Assembly: GCA_965208125.1 (NCBI GenBank)
Contig: OZ242320.1
Location: forward strand, 1,600,001-1,664,000
Length of the DNA stretch: 64,000 nucleotides
DNA from: Candidatus Latescibacterota bacterium
Lineage (GTDB): Bacteria > Latescibacterota > UBA2968
Direction: 5' to 3'
The notes below the pieces were generated by a model that worked only from the letters and a program-made list of their open reading frames with translations, was not told the DNA's origin and ran no database searches. Of this stretch, positions 17,827 to 26,307 are shown piece after piece (position 1 is the first letter of the stretch; every line of letters starts with the position of its first letter). Position numbers and translations under genes: made by a program.

Positions 17827-19341
17827 ATGGCCGATGTCAAATCCACATATCAGAAATTGATTGCAGAAATAAAACAAATTGCCCTATTGGGATCCTGCGC
17901 CGGTGTATTGGGCTGGGACAAACAGACCTACATGCCCAAAGGCGGAGCCGGGCATCGCGCCGAGCAACTCGCATTGCTCACCGGTATGATACACGAACGC
18001 GCAACCGCCCCTCAAATTGGCGACTATCTCGCAGAAATAGAAAACAGCGATCTAATATCCGACCCACGCTCCGAGACCGCAGTCAACATACGAGAACTTC
18101 GCCGGGGCTACGATCGATCTATCAAACTGCCTCGAACCCTCGTCGAAGAACTCGCCCGCGTAGCCACCATCTCGCAGCAAGCCTGGCGAGAAGCCCGAGA
18201 AAAATCGGATTACGCCCTGTTTCAACCCCACCTCACAAAGATCCTCGATCTAAAACATCAACAAGTAAATGCGCTGAACACGGGCGAAACCTCTTACGAC
18301 ACCCTATTAGACGACTATGAACCCGGCGAAACCACTGAAAACCTGACCCGGGTCTTCTCGGGCTTGCGCGACGAACTTGTCGAACTCGTGGGTGCAATCG
18401 CCGAATCCGGCAAAAAATCCGACGAAAATATCCTCACGCGCGCGTATCCCATAGAACAACAAGAAGAATTTGGAAAAACCGCAGCCGCGCAAATCGGCTT
18501 CAACTTTGACAACGGGCGTTTAGACATCACCACACATCCGTTTTGCAGCGGTATTGGACCGGGCGACACGCGCCTGACCACGCGTTATAACACACACTTC
18601 TTTTCAGAATCATTTTTCAGCATCATGCACGAAGCGGGCCACGGCATATACGACCAGGGATTAAACGATGAACATTACGGCACACCCATGGGAGGATCTG
18701 TATCCCTGGGCATACACGAATCGCAATCCCGCATGTGGGAAAACTTCGTCGGCCGCAGTGAGGCATTTTGGACACACTTCTACCCCAAAGTGCAAGCCGC
18801 ATTCCCAGACGCACTAAGTGACGTATCCGAACGCGACTTCTACGCAGCAATCAACGCCGTCGCCCCCTCATTTATTCGCGTAGAAGCCGACGAAGCCACG
18901 TACAATTTGCACATCATGCTGCGCTTTGAAATCGAACAAGCGCTCATCAACGGCGGACTAAAAGCCGAAGACGTCCCCGGCGTATGGAACGAAACATTTG
19001 AAAAATATCTGGGACTAACACCCCCGGACGATGCTCTGGGGTGTTTGCAAGACATACACTGGAGCGGAGGCGGGATAGGGTACTTTCCAACCTATGCCCT
19101 GGGCAACTTGTACGCCGCGCAATTCTTTGAACAAGCGCGCCAGGAAGTGGGCGATCTAAATGCACAATTTTCCGAAGGCGTATTTGACCCCCTGAAAAAC
19201 TGGCTAACCGAAAAAATCTACTCGCAGGGCAAGCGCTACCGCGCAAATGAACTCATCGAAGTCGTAACTGGAAAACCCCTGAGCCATGAACCCTTAATGC
19301 GGCATCTGAAGGCAAAGTACGAACCGTTATACGGGATTTAG
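17827..19341 (+). CDS. Carboxypeptidase, M32 family
   Basis: HPF, HEAGH, HESQ, IRVEADE, GYFPTY; RBS AGGAG before ATG 17827. Confidence 0.96.
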   Translation: MADVKSTYQKLIAEIKQIALLGSCAGVLGWDKQTYMPKGGAGHRAEQLALLTGMIHERATAPQIGDYLAEIENSDLISDPRSETAVNIRELRRGYDRSIKLPRTLVEELARVATISQQAWREAREKSDYALFQPHLTKILDLKHQQVNALNTGETSYDTLLDDYEPGETTENLTRVFSGLRDELVELVGAIAESGKKSDENILTRAYPIEQQEEFGKTAAAQIGFNFDNGRLDITTHPFCSGIGPGDTRLTTRYNTHFFSESFFSIMHEAGHGIYDQGLNDEHYGTPMGGSVSLGIHESQSRMWENFVGRSEAFWTHFYPKVQAAFPDALSDVSERDFYAAINAVAPSFIRVEADEATYNLHIMLRFEIEQALINGGLKAEDVPGVWNETFEKYLGLTPPDDALGCLQDIHWSGGGIGYFPTYALGNLYAAQFFEQARQEVGDLNAQFSEGVFDPLKNWLTEKIYSQGKRYRANELIEVVTGKPLSHEPLMRHLKAKYEPLYGI

Positions 19342-19345
19342 CGAT

Positions 19346-20287
19346 ATGGCGACCACACAACCCATAATTTTAGACACCGACCCCGGCGTGGATGACGCGC
19401 TGGCCATCATGCTCGCCCTGCGATCCCCCGAACTCGACGTAATGGGCATCTGCACAGTAAGCGGCAACGTCCCTCTCAACACCGGCACGCGCAACGCACA
19501 GGGACTATTACAACTCTTAGAACGCACAGAAATACCCGTCTTTGCGGGTGCAGACCAGCCCTTAAAACGCGACCCCGTATTTGCCACCGAAGTCCATGGC
19601 GAAAGCGGCATGGGACAAGCCGTATTGCCAGAACCATTTCAAAAAATAAAAGGCAACGCCGTCGATTTCCTCGTACAAACCCTATCCGAACAACCGGGCG
19701 AAATCACAATAATAGCCGTCGGGCCCCTGACAAATCTGGCACTGGCTGAACAGCGCCAGCCGGACATACTCCAAAAGGCCAGACAGGTAATCGTAATGGG
19801 CGGAGCCATTGCAGAAACGGGCAACTCAACACCCGTAGCAGAATTCAACTTTTACGCCGACCCCCACGCTGCACAAATAGTCGTACATTCGGGCGCAACA
19901 CTCCTGATCGTACCATTAGATGCAACGCGTCAGGTCGTATTATCCGAAACGGATATCGAAAACCAAATCGCACCCCTGAAAACAGTCGCATCTCAATTCG
20001 TCGTCGATGCCGTCCAAAACGTATTCGCACTCTATCGACAACTCGGACGCGAGCCAATCGTGTACCTGCACGACCCACTCGCCGTAGGCGCGGCTATCGC
20101 ACCCGAACTCCTCCGCTCAGAAACCCTGTACATCGACATAGAAACATCGGGCGACCTCACCCTGGGCCAGGTCGTCACAGACCGCCGAGGCCTACCCCCG
20201 CCCTATCGTCTTGGAAAACCCGTCAACTGCGCAATGCACGTCAATGCCGAAGCGTTTTTGTCTCTATTCCTGACGCGAATTTTTTAA
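19346..20287 (+). CDS. Inosine/uridine-preferring nucleoside hydrolase
   Basis: DTDPGVDD, GPLTNLA, EFNFYADP, LHDP. Confidence 0.95.
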   Translation: MATTQPIILDTDPGVDDALAIMLALRSPELDVMGICTVSGNVPLNTGTRNAQGLLQLLERTEIPVFAGADQPLKRDPVFATEVHGESGMGQAVLPEPFQKIKGNAVDFLVQTLSEQPGEITIIAVGPLTNLALAEQRQPDILQKARQVIVMGGAIAETGNSTPVAEFNFYADPHAAQIVVHSGATLLIVPLDATRQVVLSETDIENQIAPLKTVASQFVVDAVQNVFALYRQLGREPIVYLHDPLAVGAAIAPELLRSETLYIDIETSGDLTLGQVVTDRRGLPPPYRLGKPVNCAMHVNAEAFLSLFLTRIF

Positions 20288-20291
20288 ATAC

Positions 20292-21257
20292 CTACGGCCT
20301 CTTCCGCAACCTCAGATAGCTCTCGTAGCGCGGAAGCGCGATCTCGCCATCATCCACAGCCATCCTCACCGCGCAATTGGGTTCGTGGACATGCGAGCAA
20401 TCGCGAAAGCGGCACCCGCCCAGATACGGGTGCAAATCTCGAAAAAGCACGGGAATATTCTCGGGACTTATATCGTACAGATAAAACTCCCGAACACCGG
20501 GCATATCCCCGACAAAACCCCCCTTGTCGAGCGCGACCAATTCCGTATGTGTCGTCGTATGTATCCCCTCGCCCGTAGCTTTACTAACGGGACCTGTACG
20601 CAATTGCAACCCGGGTTGCAACCAGTTGAGCAAACTCGACTTCCCAACGCCAGAAGCCCCCATAAAAAGGGTAATTTTCCCGCGCAGAAGATCGTAAAAC
20701 GCCTCTTTACCCGCATCGGAAATAATACTGGTATAAACCATGGGATATCCCATTGCTCTGTAAGGACGCATAACCCGATCTGCCCAGGCCTCATCGGCGA
20801 GATCGAGCTTATTGAGACAGAGTGACGCGGGTATCTGCTGCCACTCTGCAATACCCAGCATGCGATCCAGCAAATGCCAGTCCGGGTCAGGCTCACCCGC
20901 AGACACAATAGGGACAACCTGATCGATATTGGCAGCCAAAAGTTGCTCCCTATAAGACCCGCCAGACGCGCGCCGAGAAACCTTATTGCTGCGGGGACAC
21001 ACCTCGCGAATCATACCCCTATCATCTGCACCCTCGGAAAAAACCACGCGGTCTCCAACCGCAACCGGATCAATCACCCGCACCTTTCTCACCGACTGCA
21101 CGCGGCGGCGGCGCGAACCCGGCGCAGCTTCGGGATATTCGAGCTGTTTCCGCAAACGAGTCGAAAGCGCGCACATCACCACGCGATCGGCAGTCTGGAC
21201 GACATAATGGCCGAGATGATGGCGGATAACAGTACCTTCATTGGCAGATTTGGACAT
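20292..21257 (-). CDS. rsgA: Ribosome small subunit-dependent GTPase A
   Basis: NKLD, GASGVGKS, HTTT, DMPG, CRFRDCSHVHEPNC. Confidence 0.95.
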   Translation of the reverse strand: MSKSANEGTVIRHHLGHYVVQTADRVVMCALSTRLRKQLEYPEAAPGSRRRRVQSVRKVRVIDPVAVGDRVVFSEGADDRGMIREVCPRSNKVSRRASGGSYREQLLAANIDQVVPIVSAGEPDPDWHLLDRMLGIAEWQQIPASLCLNKLDLADEAWADRVMRPYRAMGYPMVYTSIISDAGKEAFYDLLRGKITLFMGASGVGKSSLLNWLQPGLQLRTGPVSKATGEGIHTTTHTELVALDKGGFVGDMPGVREFYLYDISPENIPVLFRDLHPYLGGCRFRDCSHVHEPNCAVRMAVDDGEIALPRYESYLRLRKRP

Positions 21258-21412
21258 ATCTATTCAGAGCCTTCCCTCTGTAATGGACATCCCTAAATAA
21301 CGCTCGCCAGATGTAATTGTCAAGTGCTGCCGTCCTTGTAAACGGGTTGACTTTTAGTGGGGTTTTCTTCATATTTCCCCGACATTTACAGGCTTACAAA
21401 AAAGGGGAAATA

Positions 21413-22162
21413 ATGAAACGCGACCTCAGCCCATTTTTGTCCAACTGGGATTTTGATCCCACCGATATTTGTGTACGCAAAATTCAGGGCCTGGACGGAC
21501 GGGAAAAATTGCAAGTACGCGTAGATCTGGGCGTAATGCAAATGGAGTTAAATGATCGGCCTGACGGAATGCGTCCGCACGGCCATTTTTCATTGCTCGA
21601 ATACTATTTAGACCAGCTCGAAATTGAACAAGCGCAATCTGGCACAGATGAAAATTTTTATCTCGACAGAGATGCGTGCATCGAATTGAGTCAAGAGGGG
21701 CTGTTATTTTATCATCGCTATGTCTGTTTGATGCGCCTGGGCGATTTTGAATCAGTCGTGCGCGACACCGCCCACAATCTGGCACTTCTGGATCTCGTGC
21801 GGGCTTATGCCGAAGAAGAAGAAGACCGAAAAATATTTGAACACTATCGGCCTTATGTACTCATGATTCACATCCGTGCGCGGGGTGAAATTTGTTTGCA
21901 GAAAGGCGATCATTCCGGCGCTCTGAATCACATTGAAGAAGGAATCGACAAAATTCAAACATGTGTGGTAAATTCCGGCATTGAAGCAGACGAAGAGATC
22001 GAAGCCCTTTCGGAATGGGCCGAAGAAATAGAACGCAACCGTCCAATCACCTTACAACAAAAACTGGCACAAAAACTCCAAAAAGCCATTGCCGAAGAGC
22101 GGTATGAACAAGCGGCTCGGTTGAGAGACAGGCTCAGTTCTCTAAAAAAAAACAACTTGTGA
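21413..22162 (+). CDS. UvrB/UvrC-motif-containing protein
   Basis: C-terminal LQKAIAEERYEQAARLRD; start ATG 21413. Confidence 0.8.
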   Translation: MKRDLSPFLSNWDFDPTDICVRKIQGLDGREKLQVRVDLGVMQMELNDRPDGMRPHGHFSLLEYYLDQLEIEQAQSGTDENFYLDRDACIELSQEGLLFYHRYVCLMRLGDFESVVRDTAHNLALLDLVRAYAEEEEDRKIFEHYRPYVLMIHIRARGEICLQKGDHSGALNHIEEGIDKIQTCVVNSGIEADEEIEALSEWAEEIERNRPITLQQKLAQKLQKAIAEERYEQAARLRDRLSSLKKNNL

Positions 22163-22261
22163 AAACTGTAACCTGAACATCACAACACAAAAATCCTGAT
22201 TCTAAACACCGGTGTGCTTCTGAATCGGGATTTTTTGTATAAACGGATTAATAAAGGCCCA

Positions 22262-23491
22262 ATGGGATATGAATGGATCATAATCAGACGACACCTCTTC
22301 AGCGTTGGTCGTCGCCTGGGATTAACCACAATCATTGCCATCATAGGTGTCGGGCTGGGGGTTGGGGCACTCGTCATCACCCTATCGGTAATGAATGGCT
22401 ATGCAGACATGATTTTTGACCGCCAGGTAGGCATCAATCCCCATATAACCGTGCGGCGCCCATATAGCGAACGCATCGAAAATTACGCACCCATTGTCCA
22501 ATTGCTCGAAAAACACCCGGAAGTGGTCGGTGCCAATCCCGTCATAGAAACAGAAGGTTATATATTGAGCAGAGTTAAAGATGTAGGACCTGTCACATCG
22601 GGCGTCTTGGTGCGGGGCGTAGATGGCATTGTGAAAAGCAGCGACATCGCCCATCACATAACCGAAGGAAAAATGGAATTAACCCGCATCGAAGGCAACA
22701 CCTTTGGAATCGTAATAGGCAAAACACTTGCCGAAAAATTAGGTGCCTCCGCAGGATCAAAAATTCGCCTATTGGTCGCTCCCAAAGACCTGACCAACAT
22801 ACCCCCTCTTCGCCAATACGTGATAACCGGCATTTTTGAAACGGGATTTTACGAATTTGACGCCTCACTAATCTATGTACCCCTCGACGCAGTACAACGG
22901 GACTTAAAATGGGGCGATCTGGCGACCGGCATTCAAGTGCGCCTCGTCGATGCATTCGAGGCCGATCGCGTCAGCGTTGAATTGCGAGAGACATTGGCGG
23001 CGACGTATTCCGACTTATTCCCCACATCGTGGATGTATGCCCAGGGCAATCTGTACGCGTGGATCTGGTTGCAAAAATGGGCGAGTTTTGTAGTCTTGAG
23101 CCTGATCGTAGTCGTCGCGGGATTCAACATCATCAGCATACTAACCATGGCCGTTAATGAGCGCAGACGCGAAATTGGCATCTTGAAAGCAATGGGAGCA
23201 GCACCTAAAAGCATCGCCCAAATTTTTTCTCGAGAAGGTCTAATAATCGGAGCGAGCGGCGTGTTATTCGGCAACATACTGGGCGGGGGCCTGTGCTGGA
23301 TACAAAAGGTCTATGCACCCATATCTCTTTCCGGCGATGTCTATTTCATCAACGCCCTGCCCGTAACCATAAACATATCGGACTTCGCGATGACCTCGGC
23401 ACTGGCATTATTGCTATGCCTCGTATTTGCCCGCTGGCCAGCAAAACGAGCGGCAACTCTGGACCCCGTAGAAGCGATCAGATATGAATAA
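22262..23491 (+). CDS. LolC/E-type (FtsX/MacB family) lipoprotein-releasing permease
   Basis: LSVMNG, VAGFNII, EIGILKAMGA, VYFI..LP. Confidence 0.9.
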   Translation: MGYEWIIIRRHLFSVGRRLGLTTIIAIIGVGLGVGALVITLSVMNGYADMIFDRQVGINPHITVRRPYSERIENYAPIVQLLEKHPEVVGANPVIETEGYILSRVKDVGPVTSGVLVRGVDGIVKSSDIAHHITEGKMELTRIEGNTFGIVIGKTLAEKLGASAGSKIRLLVAPKDLTNIPPLRQYVITGIFETGFYEFDASLIYVPLDAVQRDLKWGDLATGIQVRLVDAFEADRVSVELRETLAATYSDLFPTSWMYAQGNLYAWIWLQKWASFVVLSLIVVVAGFNIISILTMAVNERRREIGILKAMGAAPKSIAQIFSREGLIIGASGVLFGNILGGGLCWIQKVYAPISLSGDVYFINALPVTINISDFAMTSALALLLCLVFARWPAKRAATLDPVEAIRYE

Positions 23492-24755
23492 GACCTACGA
23501 ATACTTCATCGCGCGGCGATTCATGCGCGCCATGCGCCGGCAGCGTCAGATATCGTTAACCGCGGCCATTGCTATTGCAGGCGTAACCATTGGGGTTGCT
23601 GCCCTCGTCATTGTCCTATCCGTTTTCAACGGCTTTTCGTCACTATTGTGGGACAGCCTGTTGAGCGTAAGTCCGCATATCGTCGTGCAAAAACCCCATG
23701 CACAGCCCATGTCGCCCAACGGGGAGCAAATCGAACATTTGGAAAAACAGACCTCTGTACGCGCAGCAGCACCTTTTGTATCAACCGAGGGATTCGCGCT
23801 TCGGCGACCACCCGGCGGCGAAATGATCCAGGCTGGCGTAGCCGTGCGGGGAATAGACGCCGCACAATTGGCAAAAATTACAGACCTGAATGCGTATTTA
23901 TGGGCAGGCGACCTCGACCTGAACATTCAACCACCCGACCCCGATCAGGACGCGCGCGCCACCAGACGCGCCAAAGTATATGGCACGGCCATTGGCCGTG
24001 TACTCGCAGACCGGCTCGGCGCAGTAATCGGCACCGAAATCATGCTGGGATTGGTACCCAGAGAAGTCTTAATGGGACAACAACCGCAATTGTGGCCCTA
24101 CAAAGTAACCGCCATCTTTCACACGGGCCTGGACGAACTCGACTCTGCACTCGCATTTGTATCGCTTGAAGCGGCACAACGCGACCTGGGATGGCGCGAC
24201 CAGGTCTCGGGCATCCAGATTCGGCTCGCCGAGCCATTTGAAGCACACCGCATCGCACCCACCCTTGCCACGGGAACAGATTTTGACGTCATAACCTGGA
24301 TGGACACACACCGCAACTTATATGCGTCCATTCGCCTGGAAAAATGGTTTAGCTCTCTGGTACTATGTCTAATCGTAATGGTAGCTGGATTCAACATCAT
24401 CAGCATCTTGACCATGACAGTAGGCGACAGACAGCGCGACATCGGCATATTAAAAGCAATGGGAGCAACACCGCGTTCAATTGGCAAAATCTTCACACTC
24501 AAGGGCCTGGGCGTTGGCCTGACGGGCGTCGTTTTTGGCAATGCAATTGGCTATCTCCTGTGCTGGTCGCAACAAACCTTTGAATGGATCAAACTCCCCG
24601 GTCAAATTTACATCATCCAGGCGTTGCCCGTAAAAATGCTCGCCATTGATTTTGCATACATATCTATCGCATCTGTGGGGTTATGCTTTGTATTCGCCCT
24701 CTTACCCTCCCGCAAAGCTGCCTCACTCGCACCCGTCGTGGCATTGAGGGAATAG
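23484..24755 (+). CDS. LolC/E-type permease, second paralog
   Basis: LSVFNG, VAGFNII, DIGILKAMGA. Confidence 0.9.
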   Translation: MNKTYEYFIARRFMRAMRRQRQISLTAAIAIAGVTIGVAALVIVLSVFNGFSSLLWDSLLSVSPHIVVQKPHAQPMSPNGEQIEHLEKQTSVRAAAPFVSTEGFALRRPPGGEMIQAGVAVRGIDAAQLAKITDLNAYLWAGDLDLNIQPPDPDQDARATRRAKVYGTAIGRVLADRLGAVIGTEIMLGLVPREVLMGQQPQLWPYKVTAIFHTGLDELDSALAFVSLEAAQRDLGWRDQVSGIQIRLAEPFEAHRIAPTLATGTDFDVITWMDTHRNLYASIRLEKWFSSLVLCLIVMVAGFNIISILTMTVGDRQRDIGILKAMGATPRSIGKIFTLKGLGVGLTGVVFGNAIGYLLCWSQQTFEWIKLPGQIYIIQALPVKMLAIDFAYISIASVGLCFVFALLPSRKAASLAPVVALRE

Positions 24756-24776
24756 AGGGATTTTCTATGGTCATTC

Positions 24777-24851
24777 GGGACGGCACAGGGGCCGTCCCCT
24801 ACGATAATATGTTATCGGGTTTTTGTAGGGGCGGTGCCCCCGTGCCCGCCC
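24777..24851. repeat. GTAG-type REP doublet, copy 2
   Basis: Same arms as 13320-13390 with a different spacer. Confidence 0.88.
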
Positions 24852-24873
24852 GCTTATACGATAAAATAACACC

Positions 24874-25329
24874 ATGCAAAAACTAAATTTCCCAACCTCA
24901 TCCACATTTGACATCGCAAGCCGCGACGGAAGCGAAATGATCTTAGACCTCCTCCGTCAAAAATACGTGGTATTAACCCCTGAAGAATGGGTGCGCCAGA
25001 ATTTTGTGCGATACTTGATCGAAGGGTTGGGCTATCCGCAGGGGCGCACCGCAATCGAAACGGGATTTGTATTTCAGGGCATGCAGTGTCGCGCCGATGT
25101 ACTCGTATATGACACAACGGGAAAAGCACTGTTAATGGCAGAATGCAAAGCCCCTGAAATAAAAATCACCCAACAGGTCTTTGATCAGATTGGGCGATAC
25201 AACACAGTCGTACAGGCCACCTACCTCACAGTGACAAATGGCCTGCAGCATTATTGCTGTATGATCGATCGAAAAAACAACGCATATCGTTTCATAAACA
25301 CACTGCCGCGATACGAAGACATCGCGTAA
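24874..25329 (+). CDS. Stand-alone type I restriction HsdR N-terminal-like domain protein
   Basis: LTPEEWVRQ, RADVLV, ECKAP, QI.RYN, TNG. Confidence 0.88.
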   Translation: MQKLNFPTSSTFDIASRDGSEMILDLLRQKYVVLTPEEWVRQNFVRYLIEGLGYPQGRTAIETGFVFQGMQCRADVLVYDTTGKALLMAECKAPEIKITQQVFDQIGRYNTVVQATYLTVTNGLQHYCCMIDRKNNAYRFINTLPRYEDIA

Positions 25330-25345
25330 AATCGGAGGCAGGTGG

Positions 25346-26074
25346 TTATTCCGCTTCCATAACTTCTGAATCCAGTTGATACCAGAACACCTCACCGGAT
25401 TCAACGAGACCCTGTATCCGGTCATCTCGGCGCAAGCCCACAACAGCGGAAAATGCCTGCTTACCGGTAAACCTGGTCATGAACTCGGCATTTCGGAGGG
25501 CGCGGCTGGTGTCCCGTCCATTGGCGGTAAAGGAGATTTCCACAGCAATGTAGCAGGAAGTACCATTCTGGTCCGTGGCCTCTATAATCAGATCGGCGCG
25601 GCGGAAGCTTCTCAACTCATTTGTTGGAATGCCAGACGTGTCGGCACCGTTAATCAACTCCCACAGATCAAATTCGGTGAGGTCTTTGACCCACCGAAAG
25701 CCCATCTCACTGGCTATGAAGGGCGTCTCCCGAAGCGCGGCACTCCGTGCGTGGGCACCTTTGAGTATGCCGACATCATCCTGAATAGATGCCACTCTAT
25801 TTTCGAGCGCATCAAAGCGCCGGTTCGTAGCCTCGACGAACCTGTGCATCTCTGCAACAAAGCTATTCATCTCTGCAACAAAGCTATTCATCTCTGCAAC
25901 AAAGCTATTCATCTCTGCAACAAAGCTATTCATCTCTGCGACGAATTGGTTGAACCTTTCAGGCAACTCAATCAGTTCCCTCGTCAGCAACCGGGCACGC
26001 AGAGCATCGGCCCACTCGGGATGGTCGTCTATGATGCGAATAAGGTCTTCTATTGTATGAATCGTGGTGTTCAC
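25346..26074 (-). CDS. Coiled-coil heptad-repeat protein with a C-terminal PD-(D/E)XK-like domain
   Basis: (FVAEMNS)n heptads; ADLII...IAVEIS.T...D..RA. Confidence 0.75.
   Translation of the reverse strand: MNTTIHTIEDLIRIIDDHPEWADALRARLLTRELIELPERFNQFVAEMNSFVAEMNSFVAEMNSFVAEMNSFVAEMHRFVEATNRRFDALENRVASIQDDVGILKGAHARSAALRETPFIASEMGFRWVKDLTEFDLWELINGADTSGIPTNELRSFRRADLIIEATDQNGTSCYIAVEISFTANGRDTSRALRNAEFMTRFTGKQAFSAVVGLRRDDRIQGLVESGEVFWYQLDSEVMEAE
25847..25945. repeat. 21-bp tandem repeat, 4 perfect copies plus a partial copy
   Basis: (CATCTCTGCAACAAAGCTATT)x4 at 25847-25930. Confidence 0.97.
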
Positions 26075-26250
26075 TGGTTTTCCTCAATGGCCGTTTTATT
26101 CATTGCCTAATCAGTGGGATTGGGAAAATAACTTGCCTGACCAAATCAATATATGGAAATTGTGCATACAGGGCAATATAGCGGCTGTAAATTTTGTGAG
26201 ATGGCCATTCAAAAAAGGATCAGGATGAGCAGGATACCCGGACGCAAAAG

Positions 26251-26285
26251 AGAATGCCCCAGCATTTTCAATGCTGGGGCATTCT
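26251..26285. terminator. Rho-independent terminator of the repeat-protein gene
   Basis: Perfect 16-bp stem AGAATGCCCCAGCATT/AATGCTGGGGCATTCT just past the stop at 26308. Confidence 0.8.
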
Positions 26286-26307
26286 TATCAAACACCGCCA
26301 CCACTTC

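Noticed and set aside
24874-25329. Type I restriction-modification system
   Set aside because: Only the small N-terminal-like domain is present; no helicase, hsdM or hsdS
25847-25945. Possible CRISPR array
   Set aside because: The units are head-to-tail with no spacers and lie in frame within a CDS; no cas genes are present
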